Below are positions 19,668 to 29,819 of a DNA stretch of 64,000 nt, one piece after another. The DNA lies in NCBI GenBank assembly GCA_963702205.1, contig OY969724.1:992001-1056000 (forward strand), written 5' to 3'. Position 1 is the stretch's first letter; each line of letters begins with the position of its first letter. Origin of the DNA: an uncultured candidate division Zixibacteria bacterium. Its GTDB lineage: Bacteria; Zixibacteria; MSB-5A5; GN15; PGXB01. Both the position numbers and the translations under genes were made by a program. The notes beneath the pieces were generated by a model. That model saw only the letters and a program-made list of their open reading frames with translations. It was not told the origin of the DNA and searched no databases.

Positions 19668-20157
19668 ATTCGGCTCTTTTGACCCAGCGTGGAGCCGAGT
19701 CTATGTTCAATCTGAGCAGTAGATTGAGTTGTGCGGCATGGTGCTGCACGTGTCTTAAGTTATATAAATGAAGTTCCCCGCAAGCCAGATCGAGCGACCC
19801 GAATTTGCTCATCCGGACCGCTTTTTCATCGGACATGCCTGACATAATTGACCGGCATTTTTCACGACAGTACTCCAGGTAAGCGAGCATTTCATCTTTT
19901 GTATAGACTCGGTCGGGCAGGACCCCTGCCGGGTCCATCTCGCTCATAGTATACGGCTTGGGCGGTGTGAAATCTTCGGCCGAATCAGCCAGATAATAAT
20001 CGAGCCAGAAAAGCGTATGATACACTATATACCAGAATTCGTGTTTCCTGGAACGGTCGCTCCATAAATCCTCGGGACAGGCATTGATGGCATTTTCGAG
20101 CGTCTTTATAGCCGCCCCGAACTGCGGCCAAACGACGGATGCCCAGGTATTTTTCAT
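19666..20157 (-). CDS. DinB family protein
   Basis: FWYIVYHTLFWLDYYL, YNLRHVQHHAAQLN. Confidence 0.85.
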   Translation of the reverse strand: MKNTWASVVWPQFGAAIKTLENAINACPEDLWSDRSRKHEFWYIVYHTLFWLDYYLADSAEDFTPPKPYTMSEMDPAGVLPDRVYTKDEMLAYLEYCREKCRSIMSGMSDEKAVRMSKFGSLDLACGELHLYNLRHVQHHAAQLNLLLRLNIDSAPRWVKRAE

Positions 20158-20281
20158 TTTGTATTCCTTTCGTGATTCGAGCCGTATGTATCATTCCACG
20201 GTAATGCATTATTAACGTTTGACATCTTCAAAGTAAATCACATTATTATATTTATCAGTTGAAAATGGGAGGTCTTAGTCG

Positions 20282-21496
20282 ATGCAATTTCGTTTATCAC
20301 ACGCCGCCATCATTTTATTTGCTTCATTCACTTTATTTTCTTGTGCTCAAGTATCGAAACGAATGCCTGATGAACTTGAAAAGATGCACGCATTCCTGAC
20401 TCAGGATGACCCCAGTGCCTGCCGCCAATATCATTATAATTTCGAGCGACAGGTGCCCCGGCTGTACCGGGAAGATAAACTGGATTCGATCCTTGATGTC
20501 ATCGATTATATCAAGACGGAATGCGGACCGGCCGCGAATCTGGAAGTCGTTCAGGACCTGGTCATGGCCGACCGGGGAGAAATGAACGACTCGCTGATCG
20601 GTCCCGCGACTTTTTCCCAGATGTTATGGTATCGCAGCGAACAGGAAGACCTTATTAGCTGGCGAAAATTCACCTATCTCCATAGTGCCTTACAACCAAT
20701 CGATAACACCCACGACAATTTCCTGAAGTTTGAAAATGACCTCGCCTGCGGTGTCTATTCAAATTCTGACGCGTCGCGCGCTGGTAAACTGCTCGGACAG
20801 TTTTATTGCGGTGAGTACGATACAGTATTTGCACGAATACAATCGGACGAGTTCAAAGGCACTAATATTCAAAACAGCTATAACAGATTCGTGCAAAAAA
20901 CTAAAATGTTATTTCCTGCGCGCGGAAATATCTCGCTTCTTATTGGCGGCTGGGTGCCACAGGGGAATAATGATGTCCTCGGCAATCACCCATACTTCGG
21001 CGTACAATTGGGAGGTGAAACCCATCGCTGGAGAACGGATTTCGTCTTCAATTATCGTTTCGGTTCGTCCAAAAAAGATTATGAAGTGGACAGCCTTGGA
21101 CAAATTATCAGTACGGACGAATATTCAAGTATGCTGTTGGGTGTCGATGGAGGATTGAAATTGTGGGACAACATGGCTTTTAGTACGGATATATTTATAG
21201 GTTTAGGTTACGATGTCATATACAGCGTTAAGAAGACCCATGACCCCGATAAGTATATAACATTTGGCTCATTGGCGGCAAGCTGCGGCCTGCGTCACAG
21301 ATTCTTTATCGATCGGACTTCAGGTATGTACTTCGGTGGGATTCTGCGATACAGTGTGGTCGACTATGACAATTTTCGCGGTACGGACCTATCTGGTAAT
21401 ACCCTGTCTGTTTCTTTTATTATCGGATGGAGCTATCATGCAACTCTGGGGCAGTTCTTTAAGAAACTAAATTATAAGGGCAACCAGAGACCGTAA
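20282..21496 (+). CDS. Hypothetical lipoprotein with possible C-terminal beta-barrel
   Basis: GGAGG RBS, lipobox LFSC; alternating hydrophobic/Gly strands in the C-terminal half. Confidence 0.6.
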   Translation: MQFRLSHAAIILFASFTLFSCAQVSKRMPDELEKMHAFLTQDDPSACRQYHYNFERQVPRLYREDKLDSILDVIDYIKTECGPAANLEVVQDLVMADRGEMNDSLIGPATFSQMLWYRSEQEDLISWRKFTYLHSALQPIDNTHDNFLKFENDLACGVYSNSDASRAGKLLGQFYCGEYDTVFARIQSDEFKGTNIQNSYNRFVQKTKMLFPARGNISLLIGGWVPQGNNDVLGNHPYFGVQLGGETHRWRTDFVFNYRFGSSKKDYEVDSLGQIISTDEYSSMLLGVDGGLKLWDNMAFSTDIFIGLGYDVIYSVKKTHDPDKYITFGSLAASCGLRHRFFIDRTSGMYFGGILRYSVVDYDNFRGTDLSGNTLSVSFIIGWSYHATLGQFFKKLNYKGNQRP

Positions 21497-21534
21497 CCGA
21501 TCAGGACGGCCGGAATATTGCGGTAACATATAAA

Positions 21535-21570
21535 ATTAAAGGGCGGTGAGTTTTCCACCGCCCTTTGATT
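21535..21570. terminator. Bidirectional rho-independent terminator
   Basis: AAAGGGCGGTG-AGTTTTC-CACCGCCCTTT between convergent genes. Confidence 0.8.
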
Positions 21571-21610
21571 TATTTCCTTTGAATTGAATATATGCTGAAT
21601 AAGAGCCGTT

Positions 21611-22177
21611 CTATTTGGCGATGCCGATCACGCCGCACGCGGCCCGTCCACCGGCGTTGCCGGTTGGCTGCGTCTTAAGGTCATCGGCGCCTTCGTGGAT
21701 TATGACCGCCCGGCCGATAATAGAATATGGGCCCCTGAAGCTCAGTTTATTGTCCATCAACGTCAGATGCGCATTGCCTTGGGCGTCGGCCTCAAGATTG
21801 CCCATATCGCCGATATGACGGTTGGGATCATCCGGTCCGGCGTGCACTTCGCCCGGAGCCATCAGATGCGAACCGGCCGATGTGAAATCGGGAGCGCTGC
21901 AATCACCATACTCGTGAATATGGAAGCCGTGTTTGCCCGGGGTCAGACCACTGACATCGGCGGTAACTTTAATTCCGCCTTCGACCGCTTCGAACGTAAT
22001 TGTCCCGTGGACTTTGTCGTTTCCTTTTGGCATCAGGACGCATACGGCTTTCGTGATATTGGGCTGCGTCTGTCCCATCATGCCGTGCTGCTGGCCTTGC
22101 ATTCCCTTGGGCTGCTGCGACCACGCCGCAGTAGTCATTAGCAAAACTGCCGCACCGATTGTCATCAGAGTTTTCAT
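21611..22177 (-). CDS. sodC: Periplasmic Cu/Zn superoxide dismutase
   Basis: Signal peptide; HGFHIHEYGDC, RHIGDMGN, IIHEGADD, GNAGGRAACGVI. Confidence 0.95.
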   Translation of the reverse strand: MKTLMTIGAAVLLMTTAAWSQQPKGMQGQQHGMMGQTQPNITKAVCVLMPKGNDKVHGTITFEAVEGGIKVTADVSGLTPGKHGFHIHEYGDCSAPDFTSAGSHLMAPGEVHAGPDDPNRHIGDMGNLEADAQGNAHLTLMDNKLSFRGPYSIIGRAVIIHEGADDLKTQPTGNAGGRAACGVIGIAK

Positions 22178-22400
22178 TACATCACCTCCATTGGTTTACT
22201 TTCTTCCATGCGGACTATAACGCTTTTAACAAAAATGGATCGGTCAGGTTCATAATTGTTTTAAAAGAGGTTCCGGTCATGGAAAATTTGATTATTTGTG
22301 TAAGATTAAGTAATAATGTGACTTACAAGAATCGGACCGGTGTTTTGGGCGACACCATTGCCAAATCGCGCATTTAGATCGGCAAAGCGAGAAATATATA

Positions 22401-24957
22401 TTAGTCTTCAGACTGCGTGCGATTGAAAAAAGCCTCGAAACCTTCTGCCACCGACTGCTCGCTTCTCATCTGCGTATCAAGTTGACGGGTGAACCCGATC
22501 AGACGGCCGATTTCCTTTAAAACGACCATCGCCTCTTCCTCGGCCAACTTTTTCAATCGCGCCACTACCAGATCGCCGCGAAGGGTCACCCTGAAATTCA
22601 GCTTTTCGAGAATTTCCTTGATTAAAAGCGCCCGGAGATGCCGGCGCTCGGTCTCGGTGACGCCGCCCACGAAACGGAAATAGATGTAATTGTCGTCGAC
22701 GTTTCCGGAGATATAGGTGTCGATGACGTTGAAATGATAACCCAGCCGCAGGCTGATATTGGCATAATGGTCCGAAACCACCGCCAGATTTTGTCCCTTA
22801 TATTGCCCGCCGCGGTCGGTCATCGAGTACCGCGTCAGGCTCGACACCAGGTCACCGAAGCCAAGTTGAAGCGGCCGTGTGCTCCAGACGCCGGGAGCCG
22901 TCAAGCCGGTTATAATCGCGTGCATGGGACGCGAGAGGATGTCATCTATTGACGAAATAGCCCCACTGCCTTTGGGAACCAGCCCGCCACCGAGGTCTAT
23001 CATGTGAAGACCGAGAGGGATCGGGAGCTTGAGTTGACGGGCTTCGACCCCCCGGAAACGCCGGGAAGAAATGTTCAGATTTATCAGGAGTCTGACCGCC
23101 ATTTCGTGACTGAAGCGGACTATATCGTGATAGGTTCGACAGTTTCTGGCGGTAAAGCCCGAGCCGGTCGGATCAATCATGTACAGGGGGGAAATACGCC
23201 GGAGTAACTGGCGCAGCATGTGATATTCTTTCAGGTCCCGATAAACGTCTTCAGCCCCCAGCTTGTATACCAGGAGCTCTTTTACAATTCCGCGGTAAAT
23301 GACGTTCTCTTCGGCGTCGACCGTCACTTCGGTTCCGTCGGACATGACCCCGGTGCCGTTGCCGGTATTAACAATCATGGGCACACCGAACTCACGCGCC
23401 ACGGTGGCCATGTGGCCGGTTGGGCTGCCGATGTCGGTTATAATGGCCGAGGCGCGGCGGATTATTGCCGTCAGGCGGGGCGTTGTATACTTCGTTACCG
23501 CTATCGCTCCGACCGGGAAATCGTCGGCAATATCATCCTCTTTGACCTGATGCACTTTCCCGGCCGCGATACCACGCTGGGCCACCTGCCCTTGTCTTTT
23601 CATAATAACCGGCAGGTCGGCCGCATAGGCGGCACGATCGAACGGCCGCTTGGGCGGTTTTTCTGTCAGCTTCAGCGGTCGGCACTGCAAAATATACAGT
23701 TTGCCATCGGTTCCGATACACCATTCCACGTCGACCGGGCGTTTGAAATACCGTTCCAGTATCAAGACGCGCCCGGCGAGGTCTATGGCCTGCTCGTCCG
23801 TGAGGCTGGCTGAATTCTGACGGTTATCCGCGACCGGCTGACTGGTCACGCCCGATGTTTCCGAAGCCGTCACCTGGTTTATCTTCCGACCGATTTTAGT
23901 TGAAACGATTTTTGTGGGATCGAGCCGGGATATTTTCAGCAGATCGGCGTCGGTCGTGCCTCCCACGATTTCGGTTCCGAGCCCGTACGTCGCCGAAATA
24001 GCCATACAGTCGGGCGTTTCGCCGGTCGTATCGACCGAATAGGCCACTCCGGCCGTGGCGGCGTCGACCATGGCCTGAACGCCGACCGCGAATGGAAGCT
24101 GGTTTTCCTCGAAAACCGATTCACCGGCATATTCGAACACCCTCCTTTTAAACCGGCTGGACAGGTACTTTTACATAGGTTGAAAATACATCATCGGGCC
24201 GGACGTTAAGAGCGGATTCGAACTGCCCGGCAAAACTACGCCCCGAGGCGTCCTCACCCAGGGCACTGGAACGTATCGCCAGCCGCAGATTTTTCGGACC
24301 GCGTTTTCGCAGACTTTCCAGATGTTCGCTGATGGCATCGCCAATATCCAGGGGAACGCGTGAATCGGCAAAAAGCCGGTCGACAGCCTGATCGTACTTC
24401 GCGACATCCCTGTCACTGCCGAGATGTTTTTTTCTCAAATCCCGTATTTCCGGCCAGAGCCCATTGCCGGTCATGAAGCGATGGTACGCCGTCGTAGAAA
24501 TTATAAAACCGTCCGGCGTGAACATCTTCAGGTGGTTCTTTATTTCGCCGAGGTTGGCGTTTTTCCCCCCGGCCAGTTCTACCATGTCGGAATCTATGTC
24601 ACTATAATCTATGACAAACCCTCCGCCCGGCAGCACCGGCTGGCCCAACAAAATATTGTTTAACTGCTCTCTGATGACGGCCTGGCGGGAAAACAGTTCG
24701 TGATATTTATTGTCGGCGATAACGTTAAGGCTGGAACAGACGATATAAACTTCCTGCGAAAGTTCGTCAGCGGTGTCTTTGAGAAAATTGATATCGAAAA
24801 TATACTCACCGCCGAGTTTGTCTTCGAGGTCGGAAATCAGTTCCAGAACGCGGTTGTTGCTTTTAAGAATCTGCTGAAACCGTCCGAACAGCTCTCTGAA
24901 TTCGCCCAGATCGGCCGCCCGGGGCCGACCGAAAAATCTGCCAAGTTTGCGAAACAC
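22401..24957 (-). pseudogene. PEP-utilising enzyme-like protein (PPDK/PEP-synthase ATP-grasp + phospho-His swivel), split by a 1-nt insertion at 24164/24165 (possibly a sequencing error)
   Basis: GGKNANLGE, AIRSSALGED, SFAGQF in the first ORF; VDVEW, ILQCRPL, TDIGSPTGHMATVARE in the second. Removing one C gives continuous TYVKVLSSRFKRRVFEYAGE. Confidence 0.8.
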
Positions 24958-24981
24958 CGGGAGGTACACCTCCTGAATGGT

Positions 24982-25800
24982 TTATTCAACTCCGTGACTG
25001 CGATAATCGATTTCAATCCTGCTCTCGATTTTTTCCGCCTCAGGAGTTTTTTCGGCAGTTTCCACGACGGCATCAAGCAGCTTTTGGGTATTGACCCGGC
25101 CTTGCAGAATTACAACACCGCCTTCGGCCTTAATCGTGAGGCGGTCGAGACGAAGATTCGGGATAGCTGCCAGGGCGGCGCGGACCTTGCTCTCGACAAG
25201 AAGATTTTTCATCGCCCGTTCCGATTCCGGGGTGATTTTGAACTGCGGCTGCTGAACCGCGTGCGCCGCCATTTCACAGACAAAATCGAGATCGGCGTTA
25301 CCGAGATTGAAGACGACGTCATAAAGCTCCGGAGACCGCCAGTCCTGACCGTAAAGGAAGTTGGTCCATTTTACCCGTTCTTTGTCGACTTTCTCGATAT
25401 ACTTGAGAGCGTCCTTGTCGGATAGTCTCAACTGCTCAGATGCGGCTTTTATGCGGTAGGGCATTTCGGCGACAAGGCGAAGGCGAAAAACGTGCGATAT
25501 TCCCTTTAGCAGAAAATGTCCGGCGGTGCCGTGATAGATCAAATTATTGTCTTTGGCATATTCGCACAGGCTGGCCTGGATATAAGCCAGATACCGCTCT
25601 CGTTCGAAACTCAGCTTTTGAAAGATCGAAGGTGACTTCTGGACGGCATCGAACAGCTTGCTTTCCGGCGCTCCGTAGTCGTCGGCGGCTTTGATGATGA
25701 TCTCGCGACTGATGCATTTATAGCCCAGTCTCTCGGCCAACATTTCAGCCAGCTTCTTGCCCCCGCTCATAGTGCCTCTGGAAATGGTTATAATGGCCAT
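24982..25800 (-). CDS. Cytidylate kinase-like family protein with C-terminal BON domain
   Basis: IITISRGTMSGG P-loop, DKERVKW...LYG.DW...LYDVVFN; C-terminal IKAEGGVVILQGRV. Confidence 0.85.
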   Translation of the reverse strand: MAIITISRGTMSGGKKLAEMLAERLGYKCISREIIIKAADDYGAPESKLFDAVQKSPSIFQKLSFERERYLAYIQASLCEYAKDNNLIYHGTAGHFLLKGISHVFRLRLVAEMPYRIKAASEQLRLSDKDALKYIEKVDKERVKWTNFLYGQDWRSPELYDVVFNLGNADLDFVCEMAAHAVQQPQFKITPESERAMKNLLVESKVRAALAAIPNLRLDRLTIKAEGGVVILQGRVNTQKLLDAVVETAEKTPEAEKIESRIEIDYRSHGVE

Positions 25801-25830
25801 ATCATCACCTCTTTTCCATACGATTTTTTA

Positions 25831-26217
25831 CTACCCCTCGGTGCCCTGTATATCGGCCGACACACGGTCGATCAGTTCCTTGAGCTGCCGGATTTTGAAC
25901 GGTTTCGAAAGGACGTCGACCACGCCCGCCTGAAACGCGGCCCGCGTCACGTCCACCGTCGCGAACCCCGATATAATTATCACGCGGGTTTTGGACCATT
26001 TTTGACGGATGAACCCGAGCAGCTCGATGCCGTCGATTTCCGCCATTTTTATGTCCGTCACGACGATATCGAACCCGTATCTTTCCAGCCGTTTTTTGGC
26101 GATGGTACTATCCGTGTACGTCTCGACATAAAAACCGTCCTTTTCGAGGGCCGGTTTCAATCTTGTGCACACGACCGCTTCGTCGTCCACAATGAGTATT
26201 TTCAATTGCTTGTCCAT
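25831..26217 (-). CDS. Stand-alone response regulator receiver
   Basis: ILIVDDE, DIVVTDIKM, ISGF, KPF. Confidence 0.9.
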   Translation of the reverse strand: MDKQLKILIVDDEAVVCTRLKPALEKDGFYVETYTDSTIAKKRLERYGFDIVVTDIKMAEIDGIELLGFIRQKWSKTRVIIISGFATVDVTRAAFQAGVVDVLSKPFKIRQLKELIDRVSADIQGTEG

Positions 26218-26245
26218 TTGCGTCTCCGTGGCTTATCGCGTCCGA

Positions 26246-27025
26246 TCAATGCCCCGAGCCCGGCAGCGAATCGAAGATGACACCCATAACGATACCGACC
26301 GCCATTGCGACCACGATCGCTATAATGCCGTACTCGGCCGCGTGGCTTTTGGCCAGGTTGGCCATCAGACGGGCCAGACCGACTCTTTCTATGGTCAGTT
26401 GCGCCTCTCCCTTGCAGACGGGATAGCCATCAGTGAAACCATACATCAGGAGTTTGTACGTGCCCGGAGGTATGCTCGGTGCAATCGGGAGCATTGCCGT
26501 CAATTTTTTTCCCGATCCGTTCGGAACCAGGTCCATGCCGACGTCCATTTTGTAGGCACCGTTGGTTTTCTTGAGTTTTACGAATTCATCCAATTCGGAG
26601 CCGGTCAGAGTCTTATCCGATTCGAATTTCATTTGATTGCGGAGGTAGTGCATTCCCAGATGAAGCTCGTGGCGCACTTCCGGGACACAGATGCTGTCCA
26701 GATGGTCCGAGGTCGCCATTATATATACTTTCGGGGCGTTGTGAACCGACACTTTGGCCACGTTCAACCAGATTCCGGCCACGCGGCCTTTTTCATTGAG
26801 ATCTATTTCTTCGTTTTCGGTTTCAAGCACGATCACCGCGCCGTCACATTCGGGGAGGTCGGCGGTAACCTGCACTTCGGTTCCGTCGTAGAACATCCCG
26901 GCTTCGACTCGATCGGGCGTAAACACCGGGGTGACGATTTTATCGATCGGCGGCGCACCCTGACCGAAGGCAATAGAGAAAAAAAGCAGACAAACAAACG
27001 GAACATATCGCAATATTCTGAACAT
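26246..27025 (-). CDS. TIGR02186 family protein
   Basis: Signal peptide, KGRVAGIWLN, APKVY, C-terminal TM YGIIAIVVAMAVG; adjacent to TauE. Confidence 0.8.
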   Translation of the reverse strand: MFRILRYVPFVCLLFFSIAFGQGAPPIDKIVTPVFTPDRVEAGMFYDGTEVQVTADLPECDGAVIVLETENEEIDLNEKGRVAGIWLNVAKVSVHNAPKVYIMATSDHLDSICVPEVRHELHLGMHYLRNQMKFESDKTLTGSELDEFVKLKKTNGAYKMDVGMDLVPNGSGKKLTAMLPIAPSIPPGTYKLLMYGFTDGYPVCKGEAQLTIERVGLARLMANLAKSHAAEYGIIAIVVAMAVGIVMGVIFDSLPGSGH

Positions 27026-27957
27026 CAGGCACCTCCTGAAAATGACAGCAGCATGTTGGGATGCACCAACAGATCAAAAACTATTTTAGCCATGACCGCC
27101 AAAACTATCGACGCCAGCACTATTTTAAGCTGGTCGGCCTTCATGCGGTTGCTGACTCTGGCGCCGATCTGGGCGCCGGTGGCGGAACCAAGCAGAAGAA
27201 ATACCGCCAGCAGCATGTCGACGTTGTGATTATAGTACGACTGCATGAAAGTGACGTTGATACAGGTAAAAACCTCCTGAAATAAATTCGTGCCCACCAC
27301 GACGTGCATCGGCATGCGCAGCAGGTAAATCATCACCGGCACCATAATGAATCCCCCGCCGACGCCCAGCAGCGCCGAGAGCATTCCGACCATCGAACCG
27401 AGAATGACCGGTATAAAAATGGAGACGGTAATCTGCGATTTTTCGAACCGGGTCGAAAACGGCAGAGCATCGCTTACGGTGGCGAACCACGGCTTTTTGG
27501 ACGGAGCGGGTCCGGTCCCGGGCAGCGGCCGATGTCTGAGGCTCCGCAGACTTTCCTGAAACATATAGACGCCGATTACTCCCAGCAGTACCACATAGGT
27601 TATTTTTATGACGGCCCCGGCCTCTCCGGCCGCGCGAAGCACTTTGACGAGTTGAACGCCGAGGGTGCCGCCGATTATTCCCCCGACAATTAATATTAGC
27701 CCCATTTTAAAATCGACGTTTCCCAGTCGCCAGTGGGCGAATGTGCCGGACGTCGTCGCCGCCACGATCTGGTTGGCATCGGACGCCGCGGCCACGGTGG
27801 GAGCGATACCGATCATCATCAGGAGCGGTGTCATCAGAAATCCGCCGCCCACACCGAACAGGCCGGATAGAAACCCGACCCCCAATCCCAGTCCTAACAG
27901 CAGCAGTATGTTCACGCTGTAGTTCGCGATAGGCAGATGTATCGAAAGATGCGGCAT
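27025..27957 (-). CDS. Sulfite exporter TauE/SafE family protein
   Basis: GFLSGLFGVGGGFLMTP and LGVGGGFIMVP repeats. Confidence 0.9.
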   Translation of the reverse strand: MPHLSIHLPIANYSVNILLLLGLGLGVGFLSGLFGVGGGFLMTPLLMMIGIAPTVAAASDANQIVAATTSGTFAHWRLGNVDFKMGLILIVGGIIGGTLGVQLVKVLRAAGEAGAVIKITYVVLLGVIGVYMFQESLRSLRHRPLPGTGPAPSKKPWFATVSDALPFSTRFEKSQITVSIFIPVILGSMVGMLSALLGVGGGFIMVPVMIYLLRMPMHVVVGTNLFQEVFTCINVTFMQSYYNHNVDMLLAVFLLLGSATGAQIGARVSNRMKADQLKIVLASIVLAVMAKIVFDLLVHPNMLLSFSGGA

Positions 27958-27990
27958 AGTATTATTTTAGTTTCCTCAATTGCTGCACGA

Positions 27991-28923
27991 TCAATGGCCT
28001 CCCTGAAATGATAGCATGACGCCCGGATGGATCAGCAGGTCGGTGGCCATTTTCACCATAACGATCAGTACGATCGACGCCAGGACGATCTTCAACTGGT
28101 CGGCTTTCATGCGGCTGCTGACTCGCGCGCCGATCTGTGCGCCGGTAGTCGAGCCGACCAAAAGAAATACGGCCAGCAGCAGGTCGACGGTATGATTGTA
28201 ATAAGCCTGCATGAAGGTGACGTCGACGCAGGTAAACAGCACCTGGAACAGGCTGGTCCCGACCACGACGTGCATCGGCATACGAAGCATATAAACCATA
28301 ACCGGTACCATAATAAACCCGCCGCCGACACCCATCAGGGCCGACAAAATACCGACCAGCGTGCCCAGTATCAGCGGCATGAATATCGAAAGGGTGATGC
28401 CGGATTTCTCGAACTGCATCGGGAACGGAAGCGCTTCGCAGCAGGTGGCGAACATGGATTTTTTTTGAGGCCTTTGTTTCGTGCTTTGAAGCGGACGAGG
28501 CCTCAGGTTTTTGAGGCTTTCCTGGAACATGTACGAGCCGATTATGCCGAGCATGATAACGTACGTTATCTTGATAACAAAGTCGGCGTTGCCCGCCGCT
28601 CTCAAGACCTTGATGAACTGCACTCCGACCGTCCCGCCGATAACGCCGCCGATTATCAACAGCAGCCCCATTTTAAAATCGACGTTGCCGAGCCGCCAGT
28701 GCGCGAACGTCCCGGACGTGGACGCCGCCACGATTTGATTGGCGTCCGATGCCGCCGCCACCGTGGGCGGGATACCGATCATCATTAACAGAGGCGTCAG
28801 AAGAAAACCGCCGCCGACACCGAACAGACCCGACAGGAACCCGACGGTCAAACCGAGGCCGAGCAGTACCAGCACGTTGACACTTACGTTGGCTACCGGA
28901 AGATAAATGTACAGACTTGGCAT
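27991..28923 (-). CDS. Sulfite exporter TauE/SafE family protein (tandem paralog)
   Basis: Same motifs; colinear and highly similar to 27025..27957 (both 310 aa). Confidence 0.9.
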   Translation of the reverse strand: MPSLYIYLPVANVSVNVLVLLGLGLTVGFLSGLFGVGGGFLLTPLLMMIGIPPTVAAASDANQIVAASTSGTFAHWRLGNVDFKMGLLLIIGGVIGGTVGVQFIKVLRAAGNADFVIKITYVIMLGIIGSYMFQESLKNLRPRPLQSTKQRPQKKSMFATCCEALPFPMQFEKSGITLSIFMPLILGTLVGILSALMGVGGGFIMVPVMVYMLRMPMHVVVGTSLFQVLFTCVDVTFMQAYYNHTVDLLLAVFLLVGSTTGAQIGARVSSRMKADQLKIVLASIVLIVMVKMATDLLIHPGVMLSFQGGH

Positions 28924-28995
28924 AATAATCTCACTTATTCCTGGCTGTTGACAATCTTACCGTTAAAATCTTCGGACGATCCCGGCCTTGTTGCA

Positions 28996-29382
28996 TTAAT
29001 CATCTGAAATCGTCCCTTTCCCGGATAATTCCAAAAGCAATTCTTTGAGCTGACTCAGCTTGAACGGCTTGGCGACAAACCTGACCGCCCCGCTTTTCAG
29101 CGCTTCTTCGGCCGTTTCGGTCGTGGCGAATCCCGTGATGACGACCGACTTTATGCCGGGGCAAAATTTCTCGGCTTCTTTCAGCACTTCCATTCCGTCG
29201 GGTCCGCTCATTTTGAGATCGGTCACGAGAATGTCGTATTTTTCCGTTTGTAATTTGTCCAGGGCGAGACGACTCGATGAAAAGGCATCGACGGCAAACC
29301 CCGCCAACTCCAGCGACGCTTTCAGCCGTTCGCCGACAATCAGTTCATCATCGAGCACGAGAATTTTGGTCTTTTCACCCAT
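28996..29382 (-). CDS. Stand-alone response regulator receiver
   Basis: ILVLDDE, DILVTDLKM, ITGF, KPF. Confidence 0.9.
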   Translation of the reverse strand: MGEKTKILVLDDELIVGERLKASLELAGFAVDAFSSSRLALDKLQTEKYDILVTDLKMSGPDGMEVLKEAEKFCPGIKSVVITGFATTETAEEALKSGAVRFVAKPFKLSQLKELLLELSGKGTISDD

Positions 29383-29383
29383 T

Positions 29384-29770
29384 TCAGTCGGAATGCTTTC
29401 TGGCTTTCGCCGCGGCCTTTTCTATTTTCTTATAGACTTCTTCCACCTTGAACGGCTTGTTGACGTAATCGTACGCACCGACCGTTTTGGCCGCACGCAG
29501 CGTCTCGAAAGAACCGTAACCGGTAATTAAAATGACCTCGGACGTCGGAGAATGTTCCTTTACTTCGACCAGTATATCGATACCGGTCGGCCCCTCCATC
29601 TTGATATCGGTGACGATAACATCAAAGCGCTTTTCTTTCATCCGGTCAATGGCTTCGCGCGAGACAGTAAACGCCTCGACCGACATCCCTTTTTTATCCA
29701 GAAAATCCTTAAGCCTTTCACCGACGATCGCTTCGTCATCGACAATCATAATTTCAGTTTTTCTGCTCAT
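29384..29770 (-). CDS. Stand-alone response regulator receiver
   Basis: IMIVDDE, DVIVTDIKM, ITGY, KPF. Confidence 0.9.
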   Translation of the reverse strand: MSRKTEIMIVDDEAIVGERLKDFLDKKGMSVEAFTVSREAIDRMKEKRFDVIVTDIKMEGPTGIDILVEVKEHSPTSEVILITGYGSFETLRAAKTVGAYDYVNKPFKVEEVYKKIEKAAAKARKHSD

Positions 29771-29819
29771 CGGCTGTTTCCTTTTATATAACCGGTCCTG
29801 TTTTTGCCTTAGTAGTCCG

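Noticed and set aside
24140..24150. AAGGAGG as RBS for an independent gene starting at GTG 24140
   Set aside because: There is no spacing between it and the GTG, and the break falls inside the ATP-grasp domain. A single-base frameshift explains it better.
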